From an uncultured archaeon (GTDB lineage Archaea > Asgardarchaeota > Thorarchaeia > Thorarchaeales > Thorarchaeaceae), in assembly GCA_964558645.1 (NCBI GenBank), contig CAZLEV010000002.1, positions 160,001 to 224,000 of the forward strand: a stretch of DNA of 64,000 nucleotides, read 5' to 3'. Position numbers and translations under genes: made by a program. Under the pieces are notes generated by a model that saw only the letters and a program-made list of their open reading frames with translations, was not told the origin of the DNA and made no database searches. The first letter of the stretch is position 1; each line of letters opens with the position of its first letter. Below, one piece after another: positions 28,167-37,841 of this stretch.

Positions 28167-28781
28167 TTACGCAGGATAACCAACTGTCTGAGCAAACAGA
28201 ACCCGCTGAGTGGGACGGAGGTCGAACTCGGCTCTGACACGATCTCTATCGCAGTTATGGAACCATGTTGCCAGTCCCTCCAACGCAGCAAAGAGGTGGA
28301 CGTTCTGCACGATGAATCCAGTATCTGTATAGTAGTACGATTTCTGGACTTCTAGGTCACCAATGAGGGGGTCAGGCGGCGCAGGCCCAAGGTCATACCG
28401 TGAGAAACCTGCGACATAGAAGATGTTCACAGGGGCGTCCTTGGTGAGCTTTGATGTTCCACGGTTGATGGACAGCGTGCGAAAGTCCGCGTCAGCAATG
28501 GGGATCAGCTGATGAGGAGCTGTCTCATACTGGAGACCGTCCTTCAGAGCGACATAGAGACCGACCCCCTGTGAGTTGCTTGCCGATGCAGCCGTGCGGC
28601 CGGGTCTGCCAAAAGATGCCTTCTCACGATTCACTCGGAAAACCGCCCAGAGGATGTTTGAGAGGACCTGTAGTGGAAGTTCTCTTGGACCGATTTTCCG
28701 GGTGGTCTGCCTGAGTTGCAGGGTTTCCAGTAGGGGCTTACCACCTCCTCTCTCAGGATCTACTAAGATGATTGGATCCAT
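28167..28781 (-). CDS. Nitroreductase-fold (SagB/McbC-like) flavoprotein, possibly decaying
   Basis: RQTTR, LSNILWA..VNR, RTAASASN, DTGFIVQNVHLFA, FAQTVGYP. Confidence 0.8.
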   Translation of the reverse strand: MDPIILVDPERGGGKPLLETLQLRQTTRKIGPRELPLQVLSNILWAVFRVNREKASFGRPGRTAASASNSQGVGLYVALKDGLQYETAPHQLIPIADADFRTLSINRGTSKLTKDAPVNIFYVAGFSRYDLGPAPPDPLIGDLEVQKSYYYTDTGFIVQNVHLFAALEGLATWFHNCDRDRVRAEFDLRPTQRVLFAQTVGYPA

Positions 28782-28789
28782 CGTGCATC

Positions 28790-29620
28790 CTACTCCGCCT
28801 CTAGGTCACATTTCTGATAGACAGCGTCGATGCCACCGCCCACAATCTCGATGTCATCTATCTCTCCCATGCCGGCCTCATGGAGCCAGCGTATATGGCC
28901 TGTGGTATAGGAATCGATGCCGTTGCATCTGTGCACCTGTTGCATCTACGGCCACCGGGTCGACACAGGCTATGATTGTGTCCATCTTCACCGGTATGCC
29001 ACTCCATGGCCCCCTGCCGGACTTACCGAAGAAGCCATCGATGAAACTGAGAGTGGGTGGTAGAGTCTTGCAGATGTTGTAGACGAAGTTGTTGGTTCCG
29101 AACTTTTGCATGGCGTATTTGTTACGGGTCGTGGCATACCGAACATGTTCTTCAGACCCATCGTGATTGTTGTATGACCCAGTGTCTTCATGCTTGGTAC
29201 AGTGATGATAGCTGACTATACAGCGAGCCGGGCTACGTCGAACCTCTCAATGGCACGATGACCCTCTACCTCCATTTCGACCGCGTCACCGAGCCTTCCT
29301 GTGTTGATGTACTCAGAACCCAGTCGCTCGATAACTTCCATCATACCTGTTTCAACGATTGCCCCGTCTGGTGATGAGATCCCACCCTCCGTTTCAACCA
29401 CTATGGCCTTCTTGTCGAGTTCCATGACCTTCATGATCACAGCTTCCACCACTACAGGGTCGGTTGTTATGCCCCTCTCGAAGGTGTGGTTTGTGATCAG
29501 ATTCGGTTTCACTAAGACAGTGTCATAGGGGGAAGGAACCTCCCCGAAAGGTATCAGCCCCATTGCCCTGAATACGGGTTCAACTCCACGTTCTCCCTTC
29601 ACAACAGCTACCAGAGACAT
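28790..29620 (-). pseudogene. DUF362-family protein pseudogene
   Basis: VLVKPNL..ITTDP, then in-frame TAG at 29216-29218, then VPSMKT..TMGLKNMFG, frameshift, IDG..GRGP..DPVAVDA, second frameshift, GID..GHI..GMGEIDDIEIVG. Confidence 0.85.
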
Positions 29621-29843
29621 GGCACCATTTATAGCGAATCAGGCATTTAAGTCTTGGAAGGGATAGAGGATGTTCCTTGTGACAATCCTATGATTCTGGC
29701 AGTCTTCTTACATAGATGTGTTCTCTACTGCTGAGAGCTGCAGATGTGATTTCTGGCCGCCAGACAGAAATGACAAACTACAAGTTTAACAGCAAAGAAG
29801 GTGATAGAAGAATGTCAGAAAGAATCAGGATGGTGGTTTTTCA

Positions 29844-30068
29844 ATGCAAGTAGAATACGACCAGGTTGCAGATGCCGTCTACTTCAGACTGAGAGGAGAA
29901 AAGGTGGTGGAGAGTGTTGAGATTTCTGACGGAGTAGTTGTCGACTACGATGCTAAGGGGGAGATCTGTGGTATTGAGATTCTTGCCTTTTCAAAGAAGG
30001 AGCTAGATCTCAACAGGCTGGTGAAGCTTCGGGACGAAGAGCTGGTCGCTGAGGTTGCTACGGCGTGA
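29844..30068 (+). CDS. DUF2283-family protein (putative antitoxin)
   Basis: YDQVADAVYFRL..ESVEISDGVVVDYD..GEICGIEIL signature. Confidence 0.88.
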   Translation: MQVEYDQVADAVYFRLRGEKVVESVEISDGVVVDYDAKGEICGIEILAFSKKELDLNRLVKLRDEELVAEVATA

Positions 30069-30307
30069 TTGTCTTCACGAAGCATGCCCTCGAGAGAATG
30101 AGGCAACGTAGCATCACCAGGGATGAGGTTGTTCTAGTGTTAGCCAAATCAGATGAGAGTTTGACTGATAGATCTGGACACTCGATTGCTCAGATGGAGC
30201 GCAATGGAAAGATTCTGAGAGTCTTCTTCACTGAGAGAGATGACAACATCATTGTAATCACGGTCTACAAGACAAGCAAAGAGAAGTACAGAATAGAGCA
30301 GACCTAG
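30065..30307 (+). CDS. DUF4258-family protein (putative RelE-like toxin)
   Basis: FTKHALERMRQRSIT..LRVFF..IIVITVY; 4-nt overlap with the upstream gene. Confidence 0.88.
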   Translation: MIVFTKHALERMRQRSITRDEVVLVLAKSDESLTDRSGHSIAQMERNGKILRVFFTERDDNIIVITVYKTSKEKYRIEQT

Positions 30308-30551
30308 ATTATAGTGGCGTAAGAGGTTTCTGGCTTGGGGTATAGCAACAGCTACAGAAAACTTGGGCAAAGTTGGACATCTCAGACTAGGATTTCAGAG
30401 CGATGTTTTCAGTCAACACTGGAGTACAGACCTGTACTCAGCATCCGGTCGCACTTTTGAAACCATCAATGTACTATCAGACGCCAAGACTGCTCGCGCT
30501 TCTTGCCTCCTCTCAGGGCTTAAAGACCTTCTATGTCAGCTTCAGCATTCA

Positions 30552-31040
30552 TCAAGACGTTGGAATGAGGCCGAACCTTGTCACCAGCAGTACCATAGCA
30601 CCAGCAGCCATGAGTCCAAGCCCAAAGACAATGACATTATTGTTGACACCGAGAGTCGTGAGTATCACGTCCATGAATAGCGATTCGTCGGAGTCCGTCA
30701 CAAACACAAGAGCATAATAACCCGGGGAGGGTATTCCCACTATGTCAACAAACGAGGTTATGTTCTCAGCAGCAAATAGGGGGGACAGAAGACTTAGTGA
30801 CTTGTTCTGTACAATGGTCTCGTTGGCGTCCTGCCATGTCACGAGGTACATCGAGAATTCGACAGGTCTGAAGGGCTGGGTTGCGTTGACATGGATGTCT
30901 TGATTAGTTCCAAACACGAGGCCCTCAGGGGAGCCCCTCTGGACAGAAACATATGTGGGATAGACATGTGTACCGTTACCGACTCCTGTCGCTAGGCAGA
31001 CTAGTCCGACTAGGAACAAGGCGTAAGCTAATCGCTTCAC
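30552..31040 (-). CDS. 2-TM accessory protein of ABC exporter operon 1
   Basis: Shares FSMYxxTWQDANET and PxPGxYxxVFxT with 34681..35184. Confidence 0.8.
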   Translation of the reverse strand: MKRLAYALFLVGLVCLATGVGNGTHVYPTYVSVQRGSPEGLVFGTNQDIHVNATQPFRPVEFSMYLVTWQDANETIVQNKSLSLLSPLFAAENITSFVDIVGIPSPGYYALVFVTDSDESLFMDVILTTLGVNNNVIVFGLGLMAAGAMVLLVTRFGLIPTS

Positions 31041-31049
31041 ATCAACACC

Positions 31050-31829
31050 TCAGAACTCTGTCCTTTTGAAGACCCAGATGCTGACGAAGAGGACTACAAG
31101 GCCTAATCCAACAGATACAGCAAGGCCGGTAAGTATGTCAGGAACCGAGATCATGCCATAACGGCCGGTCAGGAAGCCGAGTGTAGTACTCAGAGGAAGA
31201 AGTAACGCCAAAAACATAGGGGCAATTTCCAAGCTCCCCAGTAGGGTGAAGGACACTATCCAGTAAGCACTCCCTACTACTAGAGTCGATGACACCTTCT
31301 TAGTGACGACCGCGATAGGTGTAGACACAGCACAGAGAACGAACACTTGTGCCCATACGCCGCTGATTACAAGGCCTAGACTCTCCAGAGACGGAAAACC
31401 CGGGATGACAAGCCATACTACACACAGAAGAGCTGTTGTGATTGTCGAAGCCAGTAACAAGACCATTAGCACCACTTTCGTCAGAACCAGCTCTAGCCTC
31501 TTGATGGGATAGGTGAGGAGTGTCCGCACATAGCCGTCCTCTATGGGACCCGCTATTGAAAGGGCCACTAAGACAGGTACTATGATTCCTAGCCAGATGG
31601 CCCATAGACTCATACTCGTTTCCATCACGATTTCTGGTGAAGCGAATATGACCTGGGAGAAGCGGTCATAGTGTCCGACACCAAAAGGCATCACAGGCCA
31701 GACAGTAAATGAGTTCCAAAATGTCCCAAGAAAAATGACGCCTATGACCCCCTCTGCTATTGGATATCTGTAAGCGGAACCAGTCTCAATTCTTAGTACA
31801 GCTAGGATCCGTTCAGTCCATTCCTTCAT
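31050..31829 (-). CDS. ABC-2 type permease (operon 1)
   Basis: EDGYVRTLLTYPIKR motif; 6 TM. Confidence 0.9.
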   Translation of the reverse strand: MKEWTERILAVLRIETGSAYRYPIAEGVIGVIFLGTFWNSFTVWPVMPFGVGHYDRFSQVIFASPEIVMETSMSLWAIWLGIIVPVLVALSIAGPIEDGYVRTLLTYPIKRLELVLTKVVLMVLLLASTITTALLCVVWLVIPGFPSLESLGLVISGVWAQVFVLCAVSTPIAVVTKKVSSTLVVGSAYWIVSFTLLGSLEIAPMFLALLLPLSTTLGFLTGRYGMISVPDILTGLAVSVGLGLVVLFVSIWVFKRTEF

Positions 31830-32733
31830 AGATTACCTCCTTAAATGCATCTTCTAGGGCAGATGACTCCTCAATACTGAAGACCTTCACCCCAGTCCTT
31901 GCTGCTTCTTGCTCAATGGTTCCGAGTACGTCCCTGATATCACCTTCAATCTTGATACTGACAGTATTTGGCCCCATGGTTCGGACGTCGAGTAGCCCCT
32001 CTGCACCAGTCAGCTCCTCAGCTAGTGTGTGTGCTTCAGAGCACCTTATGATATACCTGTCCTTGGTGTATTTCTGGATGAGGTCATAAGTATCACCGTG
32101 CTCGACGATAAGCCCTTCTTTGATGAAGGCAATCCTGTTACATACTCGTTGCACTTCTGAGAGTATATGAGAGGTGATAACAAAGGAAACCCCGGTCTCA
32201 TTGTGCAGGTCATAGATCAGGTCCAAGACCTTTTCACGTCCCAGGACATCGAGGTTGGAGGTGGGCTCATCTAGGAACACCAGTTCGGGGTCTCCAGCAA
32301 ATGCCAGGGCGATGCCCAGCCGCTGCCTCATACCAGCAGACAGGTCTCTTATCCTACGGCCCCCTATGTCCACAAGCCCGATCATCTCCAGGAGCTGTTT
32401 GGGGTTAACTTCACTTCTATAGAAACGCTTTACTTGGTACAGATAATCAATAGGAAGCATATGAGCAGGAACGACTGTCCGTTCATGAAGCACACCAATC
32501 TTCTGCCTAATCTTTAGACTTTCAGTCCTCACGTCCATCCCAAGTACCTCTGCACTCCCTGCATCAAAGGGCACGAGGCCAAGTAGAATACGGAGTAGCG
32601 TTGTCTTTCCGGCGCCATTTGGACCAATAAGACCAAAAATCCCGGGGGCGATTGTCAAATCAATACCATTGAGTGCTTTGACGTCTCCAAACGTCTTCTT
32701 GGCATCTGAAACGGAAACGACCAAAGGACTCAT
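31813..32733 (-). CDS. ABC exporter ATPase (operon 1)
   Basis: GPNGAGKT, LSAGMRQR, FLDEPT, SHIL. Confidence 0.95.
   Translation of the reverse strand: MSPLVVSVSDAKKTFGDVKALNGIDLTIAPGIFGLIGPNGAGKTTLLRILLGLVPFDAGSAEVLGMDVRTESLKIRQKIGVLHERTVVPAHMLPIDYLYQVKRFYRSEVNPKQLLEMIGLVDIGGRRIRDLSAGMRQRLGIALAFAGDPELVFLDEPTSNLDVLGREKVLDLIYDLHNETGVSFVITSHILSEVQRVCNRIAFIKEGLIVEHGDTYDLIQKYTKDRYIIRCSEAHTLAEELTGAEGLLDVRTMGPNTVSIKIEGDIRDVLGTIEQEAARTGVKVFSIEESSALEDAFKEVIYEGMD
32234..32331 (-). repeat. Perfect 98-bp inverted repeat, left arm
   Basis: Reverse complement is identical to 33399-33496. Confidence 0.95.
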
Positions 32734-32993
32734 AGTTACATCCCTCTGTATCCAGAATTATGTGATACAACCACATCAGACTACAACGAAATCCCAGTCA
32801 ACCTGATGACCGTTGCCCGTGACCACTGACCATCATTACAATAGGGCCAGATACTTATGTCTTCTGTCGCTCTTGGCCTTGTGTAGAAAATCAATAACGG
32901 TGGTCTGGCTGGGACAAGTCACATCATGTCCATGTACGGATCCTAGACCCTATCTCTTCCTTTGGTAGAAAAGAAGGATAAATGTGATGAAGA

Positions 32994-33905
32994 ATGACAC
33001 CAAACAAACCGATAGTTATAGATTCCTTGACGAAGACCTTTGATGAGATCATTGCCCTTGATGACCTGAGCCTCAGTACAGAGGCAGGTGTACTCGGACT
33101 CATTGGCCCAAATGGAGCAGGGAAGACCACACTGCTCCGAACACTGCTAGGGTTGATAGCGCCAGATTCTGGAAGAGCTATGGTCCTTGGCTTGGACGTG
33201 GAAGAGTCTTCATTAGAAATAAGAGGACGTATTGGTGTATTGCATGAGAGGATGGTGTTCCCTGCACAAATGGAGGCGCGTGAGTATCTGAGTGATGTCG
33301 TCGGACTCTATGATGGGGTGCAAGAACCTGACGACCTCCTTGGAATGGTCGGCCTAGGAGCTGCTGCGGGCAGACAGATAGGCAACTTTTCCGCAGGGAT
33401 GAGGCAGCGGCTGGGCATCGCCCTGGCATTTGCTGGAGACCCCGAACTGGTGTTCCTAGATGAGCCCACCTCCAACCTCGATGTCCTGGGACGTGACCAG
33501 ATACTAGGACTGATTGTTGACCTCTATCAGGAGTCTGGTGTGTCCTTCATCATAGCATCTCATGTGCTCTCTGAACTTGAAAGGGTCTGTAGTCATGTGG
33601 CCTTCATCGACAGGGGGAGGATACTCGAGCATGGCACTACCAATGGTGTGATCCAACGCCATGGAGGAAACAAGTTCAGGATACTCTGTTCTGACTCTGA
33701 CAAGCTACTCTCTTATGTGAAACAAATGGATTCTGTGCGGTTCATCCAGCGGCTCGGGACTACGGGGATCCAGGTAGAGATTGAAGACGACCCACAAAGG
33801 GTCCTGGAACAGCTGGGTGAGTTCGCTGAGTCTGTAGGGGTGAAGTTCTATGGCCTTGAGAAGTCAGCAACACTTGAAGACGCATTCAAGGGGGCGATAT
33901 CATGA
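32994..33905 (+). CDS. ABC exporter ATPase (operon 2)
   Basis: GPNGAGKT, FSAGMRQR, FLDEPT, SHVL. Confidence 0.95.
   Translation: MTPNKPIVIDSLTKTFDEIIALDDLSLSTEAGVLGLIGPNGAGKTTLLRTLLGLIAPDSGRAMVLGLDVEESSLEIRGRIGVLHERMVFPAQMEAREYLSDVVGLYDGVQEPDDLLGMVGLGAAAGRQIGNFSAGMRQRLGIALAFAGDPELVFLDEPTSNLDVLGRDQILGLIVDLYQESGVSFIIASHVLSELERVCSHVAFIDRGRILEHGTTNGVIQRHGGNKFRILCSDSDKLLSYVKQMDSVRFIQRLGTTGIQVEIEDDPQRVLEQLGEFAESVGVKFYGLEKSATLEDAFKGAIS
33399..33496 (+). repeat. Perfect 98-bp inverted repeat, right arm
   Basis: ATGAGGCAGCGG...CTGGGACGTGA; identical to the reverse complement of 32234-32331. Confidence 0.95.
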
Positions 33906-34684
33906 AGTCACGACTGAAACACATGTTTCATCTGGCTAGAGTCGAACTTGCGCTCTATTACCGTTTTCCTATCGTAGAAGGGCTGGCAGCAACGGTGTTC
34001 TTCATTATCCTCTATAACACCTATGCTATAGGTGGACAGAGTGGGAGCATCACAATTGGCGATTACGATAGGGTATCGGAATTCATGGGCCAAATAACAT
34101 CCCGCACACTCAACTCGGGACTGATAGGGTTCTACAACTTGCTGGTCCTCTTTATCCCGTTCGTTGTCTCGTTTGCCATCGCAAGACCATACGAAGACGG
34201 ATACTTCCGTACATTGCTGACATACCCTACTAGGAGAAGTCAAGTCTTTATCATGAAAGTCGTAGTCGCAATCATCATTCCAGCCACACTGGTCACCACA
34301 GCCCTCCTCAGCTCAGTGTCTTTCGTGTTTCAGGTAGCTCCAACACTAAACCAGACAGCAGCAATCATAGCTGGTATATGGTTGTTTGTGCTAGTCCAGG
34401 TGTCTCTGGTCACCTTCGTGGCCACACTGACAGAACGACTCTCTATAACATTGATAGCAAATGCCGGGTATTGGATTGCGGTCACAGCCCTGGTGGCGAA
34501 CCCGGGCCTGCATCCGGTACTAATCGGACTCCTCCATCCAATCAGAGCTGCGGCCGGGTATGTGGGTCTACTCCCGACTCCCTTCACTCTCACAGACCTA
34601 GTTGTCGGTGGATTCCTGAACCTAGTCCTCTGTGTGTTCTTACTCGCCTTCAGTCTGTATACTTTCAGGAGAGCCGAGCTATGA
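33902..34684 (+). CDS. ABC-2 type permease (operon 2)
   Basis: EDGYFRTLLTYPTRR; 6 TM; ATGA overlap with the ATPase. Confidence 0.9.
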   Translation: MKSRLKHMFHLARVELALYYRFPIVEGLAATVFFIILYNTYAIGGQSGSITIGDYDRVSEFMGQITSRTLNSGLIGFYNLLVLFIPFVVSFAIARPYEDGYFRTLLTYPTRRSQVFIMKVVVAIIIPATLVTTALLSSVSFVFQVAPTLNQTAAIIAGIWLFVLVQVSLVTFVATLTERLSITLIANAGYWIAVTALVANPGLHPVLIGLLHPIRAAAGYVGLLPTPFTLTDLVVGGFLNLVLCVFLLAFSLYTFRRAEL

Positions 34685-35184
34685 AGAGAACGCTGTCGAA
34701 GACAGGGAAACTACTCATGACTCTGGGACTGGTGATAATCTTGATTCCCTATACGGGACAGTACTTCCGACATGAACATGGCGAGTTCTTGGGCGTTTCT
34801 GACGACAGGCCCGGGGCATTCCTTGTCAGTACCAATAGGCCCCTCCTGCATGTTAACATCACACTTGACAGAGGGGACCAGCCATTCTCAATGTATGTCC
34901 TGACTTGGCAAGACGCGAATGAAACTTTTGTCCAGGACAGGTCGATAAATGAGGCGGACCCCATCGCCAGTTTTGAGAATCTGACACACTTCTACGACAC
35001 AATTGCAGTTCCTGAGCCAGGCCTGTATTGCTTTGTCTTTACGACCTCATCCGAGGAAGTCATGTACCTAGACGCAGGCATCAGAGAGATAGGTATGAGT
35101 GTGGGGCTCCTGACAGTCGGAAGTGGGGTCTTTGCTGCTGGTGCGCTCTGCTTCATTCTCGCACTCATCTATAGAAGAAGATAG
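34681..35184 (+). CDS. 2-TM accessory protein of ABC exporter operon 2
   Basis: True start likely MKRTLSK at 34681 (ATGA overlap); paralog of 30552..31040. Confidence 0.8.
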   Translation: MKRTLSKTGKLLMTLGLVIILIPYTGQYFRHEHGEFLGVSDDRPGAFLVSTNRPLLHVNITLDRGDQPFSMYVLTWQDANETFVQDRSINEADPIASFENLTHFYDTIAVPEPGLYCFVFTTSSEEVMYLDAGIREIGMSVGLLTVGSGVFAAGALCFILALIYRRR

Positions 35185-36039
35185 GACACCTCTGACAAAG
35201 AGCCACGGAACCCAATGATTGGAAATCAGCCGTGAATGTCGTATCCATTTCTTCCAGTTGCCAGTCTTTACTGCCCAGCCCTCTGTCGATCTCTATGGAA
35301 ACGTGGAGAGAACCAATGATAGGGACATCTTCGGTAGATATCACATAGAACACTATTGTATAAGTCCCCCATTACTCTCCGAGGTTGTCATAGCCAAATA
35401 CGCCTCCCCAGTCACCACGTGTCACGTTCCGGAAGTCCCTGCACAGGTCTACCGTTCATTGTATGTGGGACAAAAGATATGAGTCTTCTTCCATACGAAT
35501 GTGATTCAGGACTAGATGGGTCGCGTCCAGGTTCATCACCATGATGATGGTAGACAAACTCGGACACCAGAGAGTTGTCCCCCCAGGTAAGCGCACTGGG
35601 TGGTCTCTGTCGTGGTCAGCGATACTGTGTGAGTGACCAGCTCTCAGTTGTGGGCTGGAGGATATAGACTCCTATACTGGAGTGTCCCACCCTGTCGACG
35701 TTTTCGGTAGCTGTTGGTCTACCCTTGCTGTATAGCCCAGCTGTTCGAACTCCTCTGACGGCATGTTCAGTAGCTGGTGAGTATAGCTCAGTCTGTTCGG
35801 ACAGTTCCCCCAATCGAGGACAAAGACATCATAGTACAGGACGTTAGAGAACCCAGGGTGCGGCGGAGGTACATAAGACTCCATGATGACCCACTCTCCG
35901 AGGTGGACGTACTCGCCATCTTCAGAGATCTGGTAGTGGGACTAAGGGTCTCGCTCACTATGCTCTGGGAGTAGACTGCAGTGCCCAACCCGAAGGTCAT
36001 CAGGACTAGGCCGACGACTGCCAGGGCAGATGCAGCCAT
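35165..36039 (-). pseudogene. Degraded exported/membrane-anchored protein gene
   Basis: Signal-like MAASALAVVGLVLMTFGLG, an apparent frameshift, then a protein-like frame broken by TAG, TGA and TAA. Track fragments 35788..36039, 35672..35884 and 35165..35353. Confidence 0.5.
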
Positions 36040-36277
36040 TTCCCGAGGACAGCCGGTTTCTTGGGATTGATCTGTCCGCCCTCTTGATTTGAGAGCACGG
36101 CTGATGGGTGTGCACTAGGCACAATAGAACTTGAAGAACAACCATGTATCAAGCTACATCTGGTCAGAGCTGCTCATCTGTGCCGTGATTGAACGGATAT
36201 TTAGACGATAATCATCATTCGAGCCGTCGCATCTGTGCACACACAGCTCTTCATCTAAGACCTGGCGACGTAATATC

Positions 36278-36883
36278 TCAACCTACCATTTGCTTTGTTA
36301 TCTCGGCTATCCGCTTTCCATAGTCTCTAGCAATCTCAAGTTCAGCATCGGAGGGCTGTCGAGAACCATCTGAACCTGCTGTTGTCGATGGCCCATACGG
36401 AGTGCCTCCACCCATGTTTGTGTTGATTCCAGGAGAGGTATATCCCTGAGGAACTATAATCATGCCCTGGTGCATCAAGGGAATCATCATCGTCACCAGA
36501 GTGGTCTCCTGCCCACCATGGGGTGTGGCCGTACTCGTAAAGACTCCTGCAACCTTGTTCACAAGCTTTCCTTCGGCCCACAGGCCTCCTGTCTGATCGA
36601 TGAAGTTCTTCATCTGAGCAGTCATATTTCCGTATCGTGTTGGACTACCAAAGATGATGGCGTCGTATTCAGGCAGTTCGTCCACGCTGGCCACAGGGAC
36701 ATCCTTCTGCATTTCCACCCCCCGCTTCAACCCCTCATTCTTATCGATGATCTCCTGCGGGACGAGTTCAGCAACACGTTTCAGATCCACCTCAGCACCA
36801 CCGTCAACGGCTCCTTCCTTCACGGCACGCGCCATCTTCAGTGTGTGTCCATAGCTACTATAATACAATACCAATATCTTCAT
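36278..36883 (-). CDS. wrbA: NAD(P)H:quinone oxidoreductase type IV
   Basis: [29 protein letters not shown]. Confidence 0.96.
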   Translation of the reverse strand: MKILVLYYSSYGHTLKMARAVKEGAVDGGAEVDLKRVAELVPQEIIDKNEGLKRGVEMQKDVPVASVDELPEYDAIIFGSPTRYGNMTAQMKNFIDQTGGLWAEGKLVNKVAGVFTSTATPHGGQETTLVTMMIPLMHQGMIIVPQGYTSPGINTNMGGGTPYGPSTTAGSDGSRQPSDAELEIARDYGKRIAEITKQMVG

Positions 36884-37011
36884 GCTTCATCATTGTTAAC
36901 TCGAAGAATATAAACGCAGGGAAACATGCATCAGGATCCAGCCTCTGGCATGATTTTCAGTTCGGAGCAAACACAAGGGTTATAGGCGGAAGTAAACAAT
37001 AGTTAAACATC

Positions 37012-37278
37012 ATGTTGCCAGTCTATCTCGTAGTCGGTGCTGTCGTCCTCACCGCCATCTTCTACGTCTATAGTCGGTATATCGAAACGAGCACCCATAG
37101 AGGCAGCCCCGACCGAACCCCCTATCGCGGGCGGGACATGTGGAGAGCCTCCTTGCTAGATTGCGACTATGAACCAGCGAAGTACGTCTTCGGGCCTGGC
37201 AAGGCGATTCCCGCGGAAACTGGCCTGACTCGGCTGTCCTCTGATACTCCATTCCACGTCCACAAAGAGCACAGCTAG
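37012..37278 (+). CDS. Small single-pass membrane protein
   Basis: N-terminal TM; TTATA-like box upstream. Confidence 0.55.
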   Translation: MLPVYLVVGAVVLTAIFYVYSRYIETSTHRGSPDRTPYRGRDMWRASLLDCDYEPAKYVFGPGKAIPAETGLTRLSSDTPFHVHKEHS

Positions 37279-37314
37279 GGCTCGCAGCCTTAGAGGATCT
37301 CTCTGTAGACATCT

Positions 37315-37610
37315 CATATCAACGATGACACGTTCTTAGCGGTTTTCTACATAGAAGGAGATAGAATAGAGACCCTCTTCATCACGTCGAAGCCAGATTC
37401 CTTCAAGAGGAGAGGTGTGATATGGCCCAAATAGTAGTCGACTTGGAGAATATGGACATCAGATACGATTCGAAGAACGATGCGGTCTAAGTCAGTTCTG
37501 GACCTGTCCAGGAAGCCGATGATTCCGAGATGCTTCCAAATGGCATTGTTGTACGATACAAGGATGGGCAGCCTATCGGCCTTACTGTTGTCGGGACAAA
37601 GGAACCTTAG
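37315..37610 (+). pseudogene. Decayed toxin-antitoxin pair: toxin C-terminal remnant + DUF2283 pseudogene
   Basis: 37422-37610 reads MAQIVVDLENMDIRYDSKNDAV*VSSG..DDSEMLPNGIVVRYKDGQPIGLTV, with TAA at 37488-37490 at the conserved Tyr. The overlapping upstream remnant reads ..FLAVFY..TLFITSKPDSFKRRGVIWPK*. Confidence 0.75.
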
Positions 37611-37841
37611 GCGTCAGCCTCTTTCATCATACCAATGGTTTTCTCGTTCAGCGTATTCTTCAAGCGAGAGGAAACGATCTGTCTGGCAGTCGAACTCACC
37701 AGTTTATTGTAAGTTAGATAAACTTGGAGGCCAGAGAGTCGTTTCACTGCGGCCTTTGGAAGGCGCCCTCTGCTGTCCGACATACAACGAACTGTATCGC
37801 CCAGGACGTTCGAGATAGTAGGTCAGTCCCTGCAATGAACA

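Noticed and set aside
29216-29218. In-frame TAG in the DUF362 gene as a possible pyrrolysine codon
   Set aside because: The same gene has two downstream frameshifts, so ordinary pseudogenisation is simpler; no pyl genes in the window.
34378-34680. N-terminal extension of ORF 34378..35184
   Set aside because: It overlaps the permease in another frame; the paralog and the ATGA overlap support a start at 34681.
35165-36039. Several in-frame stops as evidence for an alternative genetic code or selenocysteine
   Set aside because: All three stop types and a frameshift occur, and other genes in the window end normally at TAA, TAG and TGA.
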